Source: a virus. From it: 64,000 nt of DNA. Numbering within the stretch: the stretch's first letter is position 1; every line of letters starts with the position of its first letter. Below, piece after piece: positions 49,721 through 59,687 of this stretch. Made by a program: the position numbers and the translations under genes. The stretch lies in IMG/VR virus record IMGVR_UViG_3300009129_001478, positions 1-64,000 of that record, one strand, 5' to 3'. The notes under the pieces were generated by a model, which was not told the DNA's origin, ran no database searches, and worked only from the letters and a program-made list of their open reading frames with translations.

Positions 49721-52700
49721 ATGGGTGGTGTCGCTGGTCACATGGACCATCTCTATGACAACAGAAGTCTAACATTTGGTAAGATGAAGGAGATTATAAA
49801 AGCCGCGGCGGATGCCGAGCTTACTGCCGAAGAAAAGGTAGACGGACAAAATCTCTTTCTTTCTTATTCTATTCCTGATGCTAAAGCCAAAGGAGCCAGA
49901 AATAAAGGAAATTTAATGGCCGGAGGTTTAGACGCCGTTGGATTAGCCACAAAATTTGCCGGTAGAGGTGGATTAGAAAAAGCTTTTACAGGAGGCTTTG
50001 ATGCTTTTGAAAGAGCGGTTGAGGCTCTTTCGGATGAAGAAAAGCTAAAAGTTTTCGGACCAGATACAAATATTTGGTATAACGCAGAAATTATGGATCC
50101 TGGCACCGAGGGGGATAAAAATGACCCCGGATCAGTTAATGTGATTAAATATGATAACAAAACTTTGAAGATCCACGGTGTTGGTCATTTCCGTTTTGAC
50201 AGAGAGACAGGGGAAAGGTTGCCCATCCCTGATGGTTCATTAGAAACTATTGATAATTCTTTAGACAGAATGCAAAATCAGTTGTCTGGTCATCCTTTTT
50301 CTATTGCTCGTAAGGCAATTATCCAATTACAAAAATTAGAAGATGAAGAGGCTTTAATTAAGACAATCTCCCGAATCAATAAAGAAATATCCGACCACCA
50401 ATTGAATGATGAGTCCACGATGATAGATTATATGTTTTCTCGTTTATCAAATGGTATGGATACCGACTTGCCTAATAATTTAAAAGATGAAATTGTCAAG
50501 TATCTTTTAAAGCTTCCCGGCAATATTGGACTGAGGGCTCTCAAAAAAGGATTATCGCCACATGATCTACAAGATTTGAATAATATTATCAATTCTAGAA
50601 AATCATTGTTATTACAAGCTATTGAGCCCCTGGAAATAACTATACATGATTTTGCAGTTGAATTACTAAAAGGTTTGGATAGTGTTTTCATAGCTGACAG
50701 AGATGCCGAGGTTATCCGTCTTAGAGATGAGCTAGCCACAGCAGTTCGCGAATTGACAGCGAGAGGTCCCGAAGATCCCGCGGCAATGGAAGTGATGCAA
50801 AGACATTTGAATAAAATCAAAGACTTTTCACAAATTACTACTCCTGTTGAGGCTGTGGTTTTTGATTATGATGGTCATACATATAAATTTTCTGGTAATT
50901 TTGCGCCGCTGAATCAAATTCTTGGAATGTTTAAGTTTGGTGGAAGAACCCCTGCTCCTGTACAGAAAGAAAGTGTATCTTATAACAGAACCATTCTAAA
51001 AGAAGATGAAGGAAATATTAAGAGAGAAAAAGCAAAACAATTTGTTCTCTCGCTTCCTAAATTTGTACCAACTGAGGCTTGGGGTGATCCTGCTTCTATG
51101 GAAAGAAAACAAATTCAAAAGATATTTGATACTGTCGGTGGGGGTGCCACAATACAAGAAAAGCTTGCATTCCTAAACGATAGTATTGAAAATCCTCGCG
51201 GTGGTATTCGTTCACCACGAAGAATTATTAGCACTCTTATCTTATTAGAATCTTTATCAGCAGTCATTAGAAGCTTCAATTCTGCCTCTGCTGGCTTTGT
51301 TTTTGAGGGATTCTTATCAGCACTATTTCGTGGAAGACAAGAAGCTGAAGTGAGTGAAAAAGGAAATCTACCTATTCAAGATCTTATTGCCTTTTCAGAA
51401 CTTGAGGATGCAAAACCAGTCCCTATTAGTCTCAAATTATTAAACCAAACAACCAAGATTGAAGGAAGTTATACTAATCTTGTTGATTCTCTAGAAGAGT
51501 TTGGACAAATGGTATATATCGTTGCTAGAAAAGATGGTGATAAAATTGCTTTAGAAAAATTCACTTTTACAAGAGATAATTTTATAAATGCAATTATTGC
51601 ATCTGCTACTGGAGGCACCACAAAGGAATCTGACTTATTTACTTTGCCTCCTACGGTTGCGCGCACAACTGAAAATTCCATCAAAAGGCTTAATAAGTTA
51701 AAAGGTGATGCCAACTGGGCAGAAAAATATAAACTCTTACAAATGACAAAGGGCTATAGGAATAGAAAAAAGGTCCCTCCTGTACCAGATGAAACTGTTA
51801 CAATTTCCGATGAACTGCCGGATGGAACTGATATAAAACCTCAACAGCTAGCGGCTCATAGAGTCTACACTGTGGAAGAAAATAAGAGACTTCTCTCGGA
51901 GGGATTATTATTAGAGCGCTCCGGTGGTACCCAGTGGTCTATTAGCCCCCAACAACTTAAGGCTATTTCTAGAAACTTGGATTACGAGACTCTAGGAACA
52001 CTACCAATCTCCACAGAAAGAGTGGTTGACATTGCCGAACAATATATGGAATTCTTATCTGATAATTTACAAAGAGTTTTTGATGCAACCTCTAAGTTGT
52101 CTGAAAATATAAGTGACTATTTCACCTATCAAGATAGAAGTCAGGCTATTGGTGCCGGACAAAAAGCAATTGAAGAATCTAAAATTGTTGCTGACGAGAT
52201 GACTCAGCAGATTTCTCAGGATACGAGCGTCCCAGGACAACGCAATGAATCTGTTCAACATCTCGTTGAGGAAAAAGGTAAAAGAATTGCATTGTTTCCC
52301 GGCAAGTTCAAGCCACCTCATAAAGGTCACTACGAGTTCGTAAATCAAGTGGCTAAAAGATCTGATGTAGATAATGTAATAGTTTTGATTAGCCCTGTGG
52401 ATAAAGCAGAGGTCTCTGCCGAGGAATCTTTAGAGATATGGTCTAGGTTTCTATCTTCCCCTGACGCATCACCTAATATAAGCGTAGATATCGCAGATTA
52501 TAGAAGTCCTGTAACTACGGTATATGAATTTTTAGCTGATCCTGTAAAGTCAAGACCAAAAGACACTATCCTACTAATCAAGAGCAGTAAGGACGAGGGT
52601 GATGCCCGTTTTCAGAATGCTAAAGCATATGCCGAAAGACATAACCCAGGAGTTTCCGTAGAAGAAATAGAAGAAGACCCGATCACATCCTCTACCGGTG

Positions 52701-53023
52701 TAGTATTCAGCGCTGAAGATTTGCGTGAGTTTATTACCGCAAATAAAAAAGAAGAATTCCTTAGTTATATGCCCGACAGTATTGACGGTGAAGAAATTTG
52801 GAGAATATTCAAGCCAATGGATCAGGTTGATTCTGAGATTGATAATGCAATAGAGGAAATGTCTAGCATGGCTGGTGGCAGCATAGGTGGCTCTGCCTCT
52901 GCGCCGGCCGCTGGCGCGCCACTTGGTTCGCCAGGTTATGCGCCGGCTTCTTTTCCGAAGAAAAGACGCAAAAAAAGCACGAAACCTAAAGTAAATCGTC
53001 CCAAACGTCAAAGACGAAGATAA
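49721..53023 (+). CDS. Multi-domain protein: ligase-like KxDG domain, PD-(D/E)XK-like domain, HxGH cytidylyltransferase-like domain
   Basis: GHMDH...EEKVDGQN; GFVFEGFLSAL...IQD...ISLK; FPGKFKPPHKGH. Confidence 0.65.
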   Translation: MGGVAGHMDHLYDNRSLTFGKMKEIIKAAADAELTAEEKVDGQNLFLSYSIPDAKAKGARNKGNLMAGGLDAVGLATKFAGRGGLEKAFTGGFDAFERAVEALSDEEKLKVFGPDTNIWYNAEIMDPGTEGDKNDPGSVNVIKYDNKTLKIHGVGHFRFDRETGERLPIPDGSLETIDNSLDRMQNQLSGHPFSIARKAIIQLQKLEDEEALIKTISRINKEISDHQLNDESTMIDYMFSRLSNGMDTDLPNNLKDEIVKYLLKLPGNIGLRALKKGLSPHDLQDLNNIINSRKSLLLQAIEPLEITIHDFAVELLKGLDSVFIADRDAEVIRLRDELATAVRELTARGPEDPAAMEVMQRHLNKIKDFSQITTPVEAVVFDYDGHTYKFSGNFAPLNQILGMFKFGGRTPAPVQKESVSYNRTILKEDEGNIKREKAKQFVLSLPKFVPTEAWGDPASMERKQIQKIFDTVGGGATIQEKLAFLNDSIENPRGGIRSPRRIISTLILLESLSAVIRSFNSASAGFVFEGFLSALFRGRQEAEVSEKGNLPIQDLIAFSELEDAKPVPISLKLLNQTTKIEGSYTNLVDSLEEFGQMVYIVARKDGDKIALEKFTFTRDNFINAIIASATGGTTKESDLFTLPPTVARTTENSIKRLNKLKGDANWAEKYKLLQMTKGYRNRKKVPPVPDETVTISDELPDGTDIKPQQLAAHRVYTVEENKRLLSEGLLLERSGGTQWSISPQQLKAISRNLDYETLGTLPISTERVVDIAEQYMEFLSDNLQRVFDATSKLSENISDYFTYQDRSQAIGAGQKAIEESKIVADEMTQQISQDTSVPGQRNESVQHLVEEKGKRIALFPGKFKPPHKGHYEFVNQVAKRSDVDNVIVLISPVDKAEVSAEESLEIWSRFLSSPDASPNISVDIADYRSPVTTVYEFLADPVKSRPKDTILLIKSSKDEGDARFQNAKAYAERHNPGVSVEEIEEDPITSSTGVVFSAEDLREFITANKKEEFLSYMPDSIDGEEIWRIFKPMDQVDSEIDNAIEEMSSMAGGSIGGSASAPAAGAPLGSPGYAPASFPKKRRKKSTKPKVNRPKRQRRR

Positions 53024-53043
53024 TTATAGAGGATTTTTTAATT

Positions 53044-53838
53044 ATGATCAACAGAAAAACCTTAGTAGCCGAACAGTTGATTCGCGAATATGTGCGCGAA
53101 AAACTAAAAGAACGTCTTGGTAACATCCATAGGCAAGAGGCTCACTTGAGGGCTGCCATCAGAACTTTAATTGTAGAAGCTGAGACAGGAACAGAAGAGC
53201 CCAGCACATACACAGGTATTAACGTTTTGGCAGATTTGTTGAGAAATATTATCCCCACAGTTCAAGATGATTACATGATGCTCACAACATCTAAGGAACA
53301 GAGAGATTCTTTTCGTAACCACTTGATCCATGCTGTCAAAGATTCCTTGAGACCTATTGAAATAACTACTGATGCTGAAGATCTGGAAGTATCTGAAAAT
53401 ATAGAGTATAAAATTGACAAAACTTTGTTGACTGAGAAAGTTGTGGTAGATATTGACGACGGTGAAGAAGAACTAGAGTCTCTAGAGGGCGAATTCATTG
53501 ATATTGAAGAAGAAGAGGAGGATGAGTTCGTTCAAATAGAAGATCAGAACGAGACAGGTAGAAACTTTGCCGCCGATTCTTTTAAGAGAGTTGAAAAACA
53601 GATCGTAGATGCCTATGACATGCTGGCAGACAACCAAGATAGAGACCTGTTTTACGATTATCTCATTACAAACTTACTTCTCTATTTTGATAAGTTTGAA
53701 AACGATCTGGCGAACACACTCCCAGATGTAACCACTCCCGAATATGAAGCGGAAAAAGAAAAAGAAGATTTAGATCAAATTGAAGATCTTGCTGCCGAAG
53801 AGGCAGAGGAAGAATTTGAACTAGATTTAGAAATTTAA
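53044..53838 (+). CDS. Acidic protein with LIRE/LIVE motifs
   Basis: EQLIREYVRE...LRAAIRTLIVE; acidic tracts. Confidence 0.6.
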   Translation: MINRKTLVAEQLIREYVREKLKERLGNIHRQEAHLRAAIRTLIVEAETGTEEPSTYTGINVLADLLRNIIPTVQDDYMMLTTSKEQRDSFRNHLIHAVKDSLRPIEITTDAEDLEVSENIEYKIDKTLLTEKVVVDIDDGEEELESLEGEFIDIEEEEEDEFVQIEDQNETGRNFAADSFKRVEKQIVDAYDMLADNQDRDLFYDYLITNLLLYFDKFENDLANTLPDVTTPEYEAEKEKEDLDQIEDLAAEEAEEEFELDLEI

Positions 53839-53926
53839 CTTAACACTTTCTTTTAAACTATTATACTGCTATTGTCAGCTTTGAAAACCCTGCTAGCATT
53901 AATAGCATTTTCTGAAGGTAAATAAG

Positions 53927-53955
53927 TTGACAAGTACTGCGTCATATTGTATAGT
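53927..53955 (+). promoter_or_regulatory. Sigma70 promoter for tmRNA
   Basis: TTGACA-N17-TATAGT. Confidence 0.75.
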
Positions 53956-53964
53956 CTTATATAC

Positions 53965-54291
53965 GGGGGTAACAGGTATCGATTGATGGGAAAGTAAAAA
54001 CGGTGCAAGGGTGAGGGAAGCGGGGCTCACTAAAAACGCTTATCTAATAATCGCAGCTTAAAAACGATTATACAAAAAACATCAGCAGCTTAAAAACCTG
54101 ACTATGTTTGAGGCGGTGGCAGCCAATAAACAGAAAGCTACGCTATGTTTCTAAGTGCTTTTGATTGTTTTGGCCGGAATAAAACGATCTAGTCAAGTGG
54201 TCTGTCCGACGAAAAAAACAGCTCTAACCTTGTGAATGACCTTTTTATGGAACTAGACAAGACGGGAGTTCGAATCTCCCTACCTCCACCA
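53965..54291 (+). ncRNA. ssrA: tmRNA
   Basis: GGGGGTA/TACCTCC-ACCA acceptor with G3-U70, T-arm GGGAGTTCGAATCTCCC, PK1 (GTGAG/CTCAC, AAGCG/CGCTT), H5-like hairpin. Confidence 0.92.
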
Positions 54292-54316
54292 GCCGCCTTC
54301 GGGCGGCTTTTTCTTT
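54292..54316 (+). terminator. Intrinsic terminator
   Basis: GCCGCC-TTCG-GGCGGC-TTTTTCTTT. Confidence 0.88.
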
Positions 54317-54358
54317 GTTGAATCAACTAGATATTAAAGTAGACAAGGAGGTCATAAA

Positions 54359-55660
54359 TTGACCAAAACAGTGTTATTAGATACAAATGTTTTATTAACT
54401 GAAGTTCAGTCTATTTTATCGTTCGGAAAAAACAACATCGCCATTCCGACAATTGTTTTAGATGAAATAGATAAGCATAAGCACAGACAAGATACACCGG
54501 GACTAAATGCCCGCATTACCAACAGATTCCTAGATGAACTAAGAGAAAAGGGTAGTCTCCTGAGTGGAGTATCTCTGGGACGAAGTAAAGGAAAGATATT
54601 TGCCGCGCAGTTTGATAAAGAATATATCCCTGATGGTATGAATCCAGACGATTCGGATAATAAGATAATTGCCACCGCCCTCAAGCTCATATCAGAAAAA
54701 CAAGAAGTTACAGTAATTTCTAGGGATATCAACATGCGGGTCAAATGTGATTCATTTGGGATTCCATGTCAAGATTACCATCCTGAAAAAGTAATCAGTT
54801 CGGTCAAAAACCTTTACGACGGTGCCTCAGTTATTGAAGTAGACGAAGATCTTATAAACGATTTTTATGCCGGCAAATCTACTTATATGCCGAAAGAATT
54901 GGGGCTTTTCCCTAATCAATTTGTTTTACTAAAAAGCCAGAGTAGTTCTAAATCTGCTGTTTGTGGATATAAAAACCCAAACACGCCCTTGGCAAAAATA
55001 AACAAATACAAAAACATATGGGGATTATCGGCAAAAAATAAAGAACAAGATTTCGCCATGAATCTTTTATTCAATCAAGACATACAAATAGTGTCAATGA
55101 CCGGTCCTGCCGGAACGGGAAAGACATTACTGGCAGCGGCTTGTGGATTAGAACAGGTTGTCAATAAATCTAAAACATCCGGAGGGTACGACAAGCTCAT
55201 TATTACCCGACCAGTACAACCCATGGGAAGAGACATTGGGTTTCTGCCCGGTACTCTAGAAGAAAAGATGTCCCCATGGATCGCTCCTTTGCGCGATAAT
55301 TTAGAGCACCTTTACGGCGACCGTATGGCACTTGATATGCAGATAGAACAAGGAATTATTGAGATAGAAGCAATGACTTTTATCCGAGGCAGATCTATAG
55401 CAAATGCATTCATAATAGTAGATGAAGCGCAGAATTTAACAGCCCATGAGTTAAAGACTATAATTACACGAGTGGGACATGGGACAAAACTCATTTTGAC
55501 TGGAGATGTTCAACAGATAGACAATTCTTATGTTGATGCTGTCTCAAATGGGCTTACTCATGCTGTGGAAAAATTCAAAAACTATGAAATCTCCGGACAT
55601 GTTACTCTATACAAAGGCGAACGCTCCAAATTGGCAACATTAGCAGCGAAGATATTATGA
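54359..55660 (+). CDS. phoH: PIN plus PhoH ATPase (PhoH2/YlaK-like)
   Basis: LDTNVLL PIN; GPAGTGKT, IGFLPG, FIRGRS, DEAQN. Confidence 0.92.
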   Translation: MTKTVLLDTNVLLTEVQSILSFGKNNIAIPTIVLDEIDKHKHRQDTPGLNARITNRFLDELREKGSLLSGVSLGRSKGKIFAAQFDKEYIPDGMNPDDSDNKIIATALKLISEKQEVTVISRDINMRVKCDSFGIPCQDYHPEKVISSVKNLYDGASVIEVDEDLINDFYAGKSTYMPKELGLFPNQFVLLKSQSSSKSAVCGYKNPNTPLAKINKYKNIWGLSAKNKEQDFAMNLLFNQDIQIVSMTGPAGTGKTLLAAACGLEQVVNKSKTSGGYDKLIITRPVQPMGRDIGFLPGTLEEKMSPWIAPLRDNLEHLYGDRMALDMQIEQGIIEIEAMTFIRGRSIANAFIIVDEAQNLTAHELKTIITRVGHGTKLILTGDVQQIDNSYVDAVSNGLTHAVEKFKNYEISGHVTLYKGERSKLATLAAKIL

Positions 55661-56304
55661 GAGATTACATTCTAGAGAGTACAAAAAACACAACTCGTCA
55701 TTTCAAGTTTGGCGGCATTACTGTTAATCAGGCTGATGGTGTTGATTTTTCTCCTGTCTTCCGGGCAATTGAGGATAAATTTCCTTCTCATTATTTTATG
55801 GGACTCAAAGGTGTTGAAATAGCCCACCGTGAGGAATTTGATGATCGTAAAATCTCAGCACTTTATAGCGATAACTGGCTTTATATTAGTGATAGACAAG
55901 ACGGAGCGACAGATTTTCTAGATGATCTAGTTCACGAATTGGCTCATCATGTTGAGACGGTATATCAAGATGAGACTTATGGTGACGGGAAAATAACCGA
56001 AGAATTCCTTAAAAAGAGGAAAATGTTGGAACAAGAGCTGAAGTCGGAAGGATATTGGACCAATGAATATTCATTCAATAAAATACAGTATGATAAAGAT
56101 CTAGATGAATTTTTATACGATCGTGTGGGTAAAAATATGTTAAACATGTCTACGGCTGGCATATTCATTAGACCTTATGCTTCAATATCCCTCAGAGAGT
56201 ATTTTGCAACGGGTTTTGAAGCTTTTTACATGGGAAAGAAAAATTCCCTTTCCAAAATCAGCCCAGTGTTGTATAATAAGATAGAGAACCTACATAATCT
56301 CTAA
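55657..56304 (+). CDS. Zincin-like metallopeptidase
   Basis: HELAH...REYFA. Confidence 0.65.
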   Translation: MRDYILESTKNTTRHFKFGGITVNQADGVDFSPVFRAIEDKFPSHYFMGLKGVEIAHREEFDDRKISALYSDNWLYISDRQDGATDFLDDLVHELAHHVETVYQDETYGDGKITEEFLKKRKMLEQELKSEGYWTNEYSFNKIQYDKDLDEFLYDRVGKNMLNMSTAGIFIRPYASISLREYFATGFEAFYMGKKNSLSKISPVLYNKIENLHNL

Positions 56305-56318
56305 GAAAGAGAGTTAAA

Positions 56319-57158
56319 ATGGCCGGCAAACACATTTCCTACTCGGAGTGGAAGAATTGGCATATTTGCCCCCACTATCATAAGCTCACTTATATTGACA
56401 AGGTTGCTCAATTTGAGGGCAATATTTACACAGCTTTCGGAAAGGCTCTTCATACCGTTTGTGAATTTACTTTGACTTCCCCCGAAAAATACAGGGAAGC
56501 GGGTGCGATTGATGCGTTAGTTAAAGAGCAATTTATTGCGGAACTCAACGCTCTGCCCGAGAGTGAGCAGCAGGTAGCCAAGCGTGATTTTAACCTCAAA
56601 GAGTGGCTTGTAAGTGGACTGGAAATCGTTCCCGACCTTTATCGCTGCCTGACCGAGAAGTTCGGCAAGTTGGGCGAGGACTGGGAAGTATTATCCGCAG
56701 AGGAACAACTCTATGAGCCCATCACAGAATTTACCGAAGCAGAAAAAAACTTTAAAGGTTTTATTGACTTGGTGGTTTTTTCCAAGAAAGATGAAAAGAT
56801 TCATTTGATTGATTGGAAAACTTGTTCATGGGGATGGAAGCCCAGGAAGAAGAGTGATACCATCCTTGCTTATCAGTTGGTATTTTATAAGCATTTTTAC
56901 GCTCGTAAATATGAAGTGAATCCGAAAGAAATAGATTGTCATTTTGTTTTACTTAAACGAACAGCCAAGCCCGGCAAGAAAGCGGAATTCGTGCGGGTAA
57001 CAGCAGCGAAAAAAAGAACAACAGACGCACTTAACGCCTTGACAAAAGCACTGCATAATATCAATAAGGAAAATTATATCAAAAATCGCAATGCCTGTAC
57101 AGATTGTAAGGATCGTTTCGGAACGTGCGAATTCTATATGACAGAGTATTGTAGTTAG
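56319..57158 (+). CDS. PD-(D/E)XK RecB/Cas4-like exonuclease
   Basis: ISYS...CP, FG.ALH, GFIDLV, IDWKT, QL.FY, C-terminal Cys cluster. Confidence 0.88.
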   Translation: MAGKHISYSEWKNWHICPHYHKLTYIDKVAQFEGNIYTAFGKALHTVCEFTLTSPEKYREAGAIDALVKEQFIAELNALPESEQQVAKRDFNLKEWLVSGLEIVPDLYRCLTEKFGKLGEDWEVLSAEEQLYEPITEFTEAEKNFKGFIDLVVFSKKDEKIHLIDWKTCSWGWKPRKKSDTILAYQLVFYKHFYARKYEVNPKEIDCHFVLLKRTAKPGKKAEFVRVTAAKKRTTDALNALTKALHNINKENYIKNRNACTDCKDRFGTCEFYMTEYCS

Positions 57159-57165
57159 GAAAAAT

Positions 57166-58416
57166 ATGTCCGATAAAATAAAGGTTATGACAATCAGCGA
57201 TCACCCACTTCTGCCATCGGGTGTGGGTACTCAAACAAAATATATGATTGAGGCGCTTATAAAATCTGGTAAATTTGAAGTTTTTTCATTAGGGGGTGCC
57301 ATGAAGCATCCCAGTTATAATTTAATGAGACATCAAGAAAATTGGGATATTTTACCTGTAGATGGATATGGTGAAAAAAACCAAGTTTTAGGGTTAATCA
57401 ACCAAATACGACCAGATATGTTATGGTTTATGACAGATCCACGCTATTATGAGTGGTTATGGGATTTTGAAGAAGACATTCGCCACAATATTCCCATGGT
57501 TTACTATCATGTTTGGGACAATTATCCGTTCCCGATGTTCAATAAGCGATATTATGATTCAAATGATGTGGTTGCTACCATCTCAAAAGTAACAAGCGAT
57601 ATTGTTCAAAATGTTTCACCGGACGTTGAGGAGATTTATATTCCTCATGCAGTCCCGATGAAGATATTCAAAACACCAACAAAATCAAAAGTAAATCAAG
57701 TATTCCAGAATAACCCTAAGTTGAAGGATAAATTCATCTTTTTCTGGAACAATAGAAATGCGAGAAGAAAACAAAGCGGGACTCTGATATTATGGTTCAG
57801 CGAATTTCTGAAACAAGAACATGTAGATGAGAAAAACACATGTCTTATTATGCATACAAAAACAGATGACCCGCATGGACAGCCTTTGGAATATTTAGCA
57901 GAAAGTAACAATCTTGTTTCCGGTGAGATTATTTTCTCAAAACAGTCTTTACCGACAGAAGATCTGGCAATGTTATATGGAATTGCCGACTGCACTATCA
58001 ATATCTCAGATGCCGAAGGCTTTGGTTTGGCAACTTTGGAATCTCTTTCAAGCGAAACTCCAATTATTGTAACGATGACTGGTGGACTTCAAGAGCAGGT
58101 GACTGACGGCGAGAATTGGTTTGGAATAGGCATTGAGCCAGCCTCCAAAGCTCTCATCGGCTCTCAGCAGGTTCCCTACATTTTTGAAGACCGGATTTCA
58201 AAGGAATCTTTCATTGATGCGCTCAATCAAATTTATGCCATGACTCCCAAAGAAAGAGCAGATCTAGGGAAAAAAGGTAGAGAACATGTCATGAAAAACT
58301 ACAATTTTGAAGATTATGGAACAACCTGGGTTAAAGTACTCCAAGAAGTCCACGAAAAGTACGGATCGTGGGAAACTCGTAAGAATTATAAGCCATGGAG
58401 AATGACGGAAATATGA
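57166..58416 (+). CDS. Glycosyltransferase (GT4-like)
   Basis: SGVG, NRNARRK, EGFGLATLE. Confidence 0.88.
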   Translation: MSDKIKVMTISDHPLLPSGVGTQTKYMIEALIKSGKFEVFSLGGAMKHPSYNLMRHQENWDILPVDGYGEKNQVLGLINQIRPDMLWFMTDPRYYEWLWDFEEDIRHNIPMVYYHVWDNYPFPMFNKRYYDSNDVVATISKVTSDIVQNVSPDVEEIYIPHAVPMKIFKTPTKSKVNQVFQNNPKLKDKFIFFWNNRNARRKQSGTLILWFSEFLKQEHVDEKNTCLIMHTKTDDPHGQPLEYLAESNNLVSGEIIFSKQSLPTEDLAMLYGIADCTINISDAEGFGLATLESLSSETPIIVTMTGGLQEQVTDGENWFGIGIEPASKALIGSQQVPYIFEDRISKESFIDALNQIYAMTPKERADLGKKGREHVMKNYNFEDYGTTWVKVLQEVHEKYGSWETRKNYKPWRMTEI

Positions 58417-59687
58417 CGAAACAAAAGAAAATCTTAATCATAGGCTCTTTCTGCAATATCAGCGGATATAGTGACCATGCACGACTCATAGCAGATGCTT
58501 TCATTCAGCACCCTGGCAACCACACATTACATCTCATAGATCTCCAGTGGGCTGAGGCTACGAGAACTCCTGAATACTCCGAGAAGTATTTGCCTTATAT
58601 TCAACATACTCAAGAATACCTAAAGTTCCTGAAGTCTACAAACACTTCAATGGCTGCCGGCTTTGACTGCTGTTTTCAGGTGCGCCCTCCTAACGAGTGG
58701 CACAGAGTTACCAACTATGATATAGGGGTGACAGCCGCTTTAGAAACTGTGGCTGCCCCTGAAGAGTGGATTCCTAATTGCAACATGATGCAGCAGATTC
58801 TTGTGGTTTCACAGCATTCTAAGAAAAACCTTTTGAATGCCGTTCACAGCCAGAGTAAGGAAAAAATTAGGACGCCTATTGAGGTCGTTCCTTTCTATAA
58901 TAACCTTCCTCTGGAAAGAGAAAAATTTTCCGGCTACGAGGGGCTCTCAACTAATAAAAATTTCTTGTGCGTGTCTCAATTTGCTCCTCGGAAAAATCTG
59001 TTTAGAATGATGCACCTGTTCCTTGATGAATTCGGTGATGATGAAGATGTAGGGCTTGTCCTTAAAACATATATGAGAAACAATAGTCACATAGATTATT
59101 ACAACATCTCTGCGATGTTGAAAAAATTTGTGAATGATATAAAACCAAACAAGAAGTGTAAAATACATCTTATACACGGCAGTCTTACTCAAAATGAAAT
59201 GGCATCACTATATGATGCCGAAGTCATAGATGCTTATATTTCACTGACCCATGGCGAAGGATTCGGAATACCTATTTTCAATGCTGTTTGTTCAGACATT
59301 CCAGTAGTTGCTCCTTCTTGGTCTGGTCATATGGATTATCTCAAAGCTCCTGTAATCAATCCAACTAGTGGCAAGGCGAAAACGAAAAACCTCTTTCTCA
59401 AAACAGGTTATGACTTGGGAGAGGTGAGAGAAGAACATCTGATGCCCGACCTTATCACCCAGGGAGCAAAATGGTGTTATCCTAATGAAAAACAATTCCG
59501 TAAAAATATTAGAACTGCTATAACATCAACTTCTTTATGCAAAAAAGAGGCTAAGATTTTAGGGGAACACATTAGAAAAGAATATACACAAGAAAAAATT
59601 AACCAGATGTATTATGATGTAATAGATGCTATTGGAGAAATAGATGCTGCGGGAGAAACCGACAACGCACAAATATTTGAATTGTAA
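58413..59687 (+). CDS. Glycosyltransferase (GT4-like)
   Basis: SGY..HAR, RKN, HGEGFGIP. Confidence 0.85.
   Translation: MTKQKKILIIGSFCNISGYSDHARLIADAFIQHPGNHTLHLIDLQWAEATRTPEYSEKYLPYIQHTQEYLKFLKSTNTSMAAGFDCCFQVRPPNEWHRVTNYDIGVTAALETVAAPEEWIPNCNMMQQILVVSQHSKKNLLNAVHSQSKEKIRTPIEVVPFYNNLPLEREKFSGYEGLSTNKNFLCVSQFAPRKNLFRMMHLFLDEFGDDEDVGLVLKTYMRNNSHIDYYNISAMLKKFVNDIKPNKKCKIHLIHGSLTQNEMASLYDAEVIDAYISLTHGEGFGIPIFNAVCSDIPVVAPSWSGHMDYLKAPVINPTSGKAKTKNLFLKTGYDLGEVREEHLMPDLITQGAKWCYPNEKQFRKNIRTAITSTSLCKKEAKILGEHIRKEYTQEKINQMYYDVIDAIGEIDAAGETDNAQIFEL

Noticed and set aside
56319-57158. Cas4-like nuclease as evidence of CRISPR-Cas
   Set aside because: No repeat-spacer array or other cas genes in the window; solo RecB/Cas4-like nucleases are common in phages.
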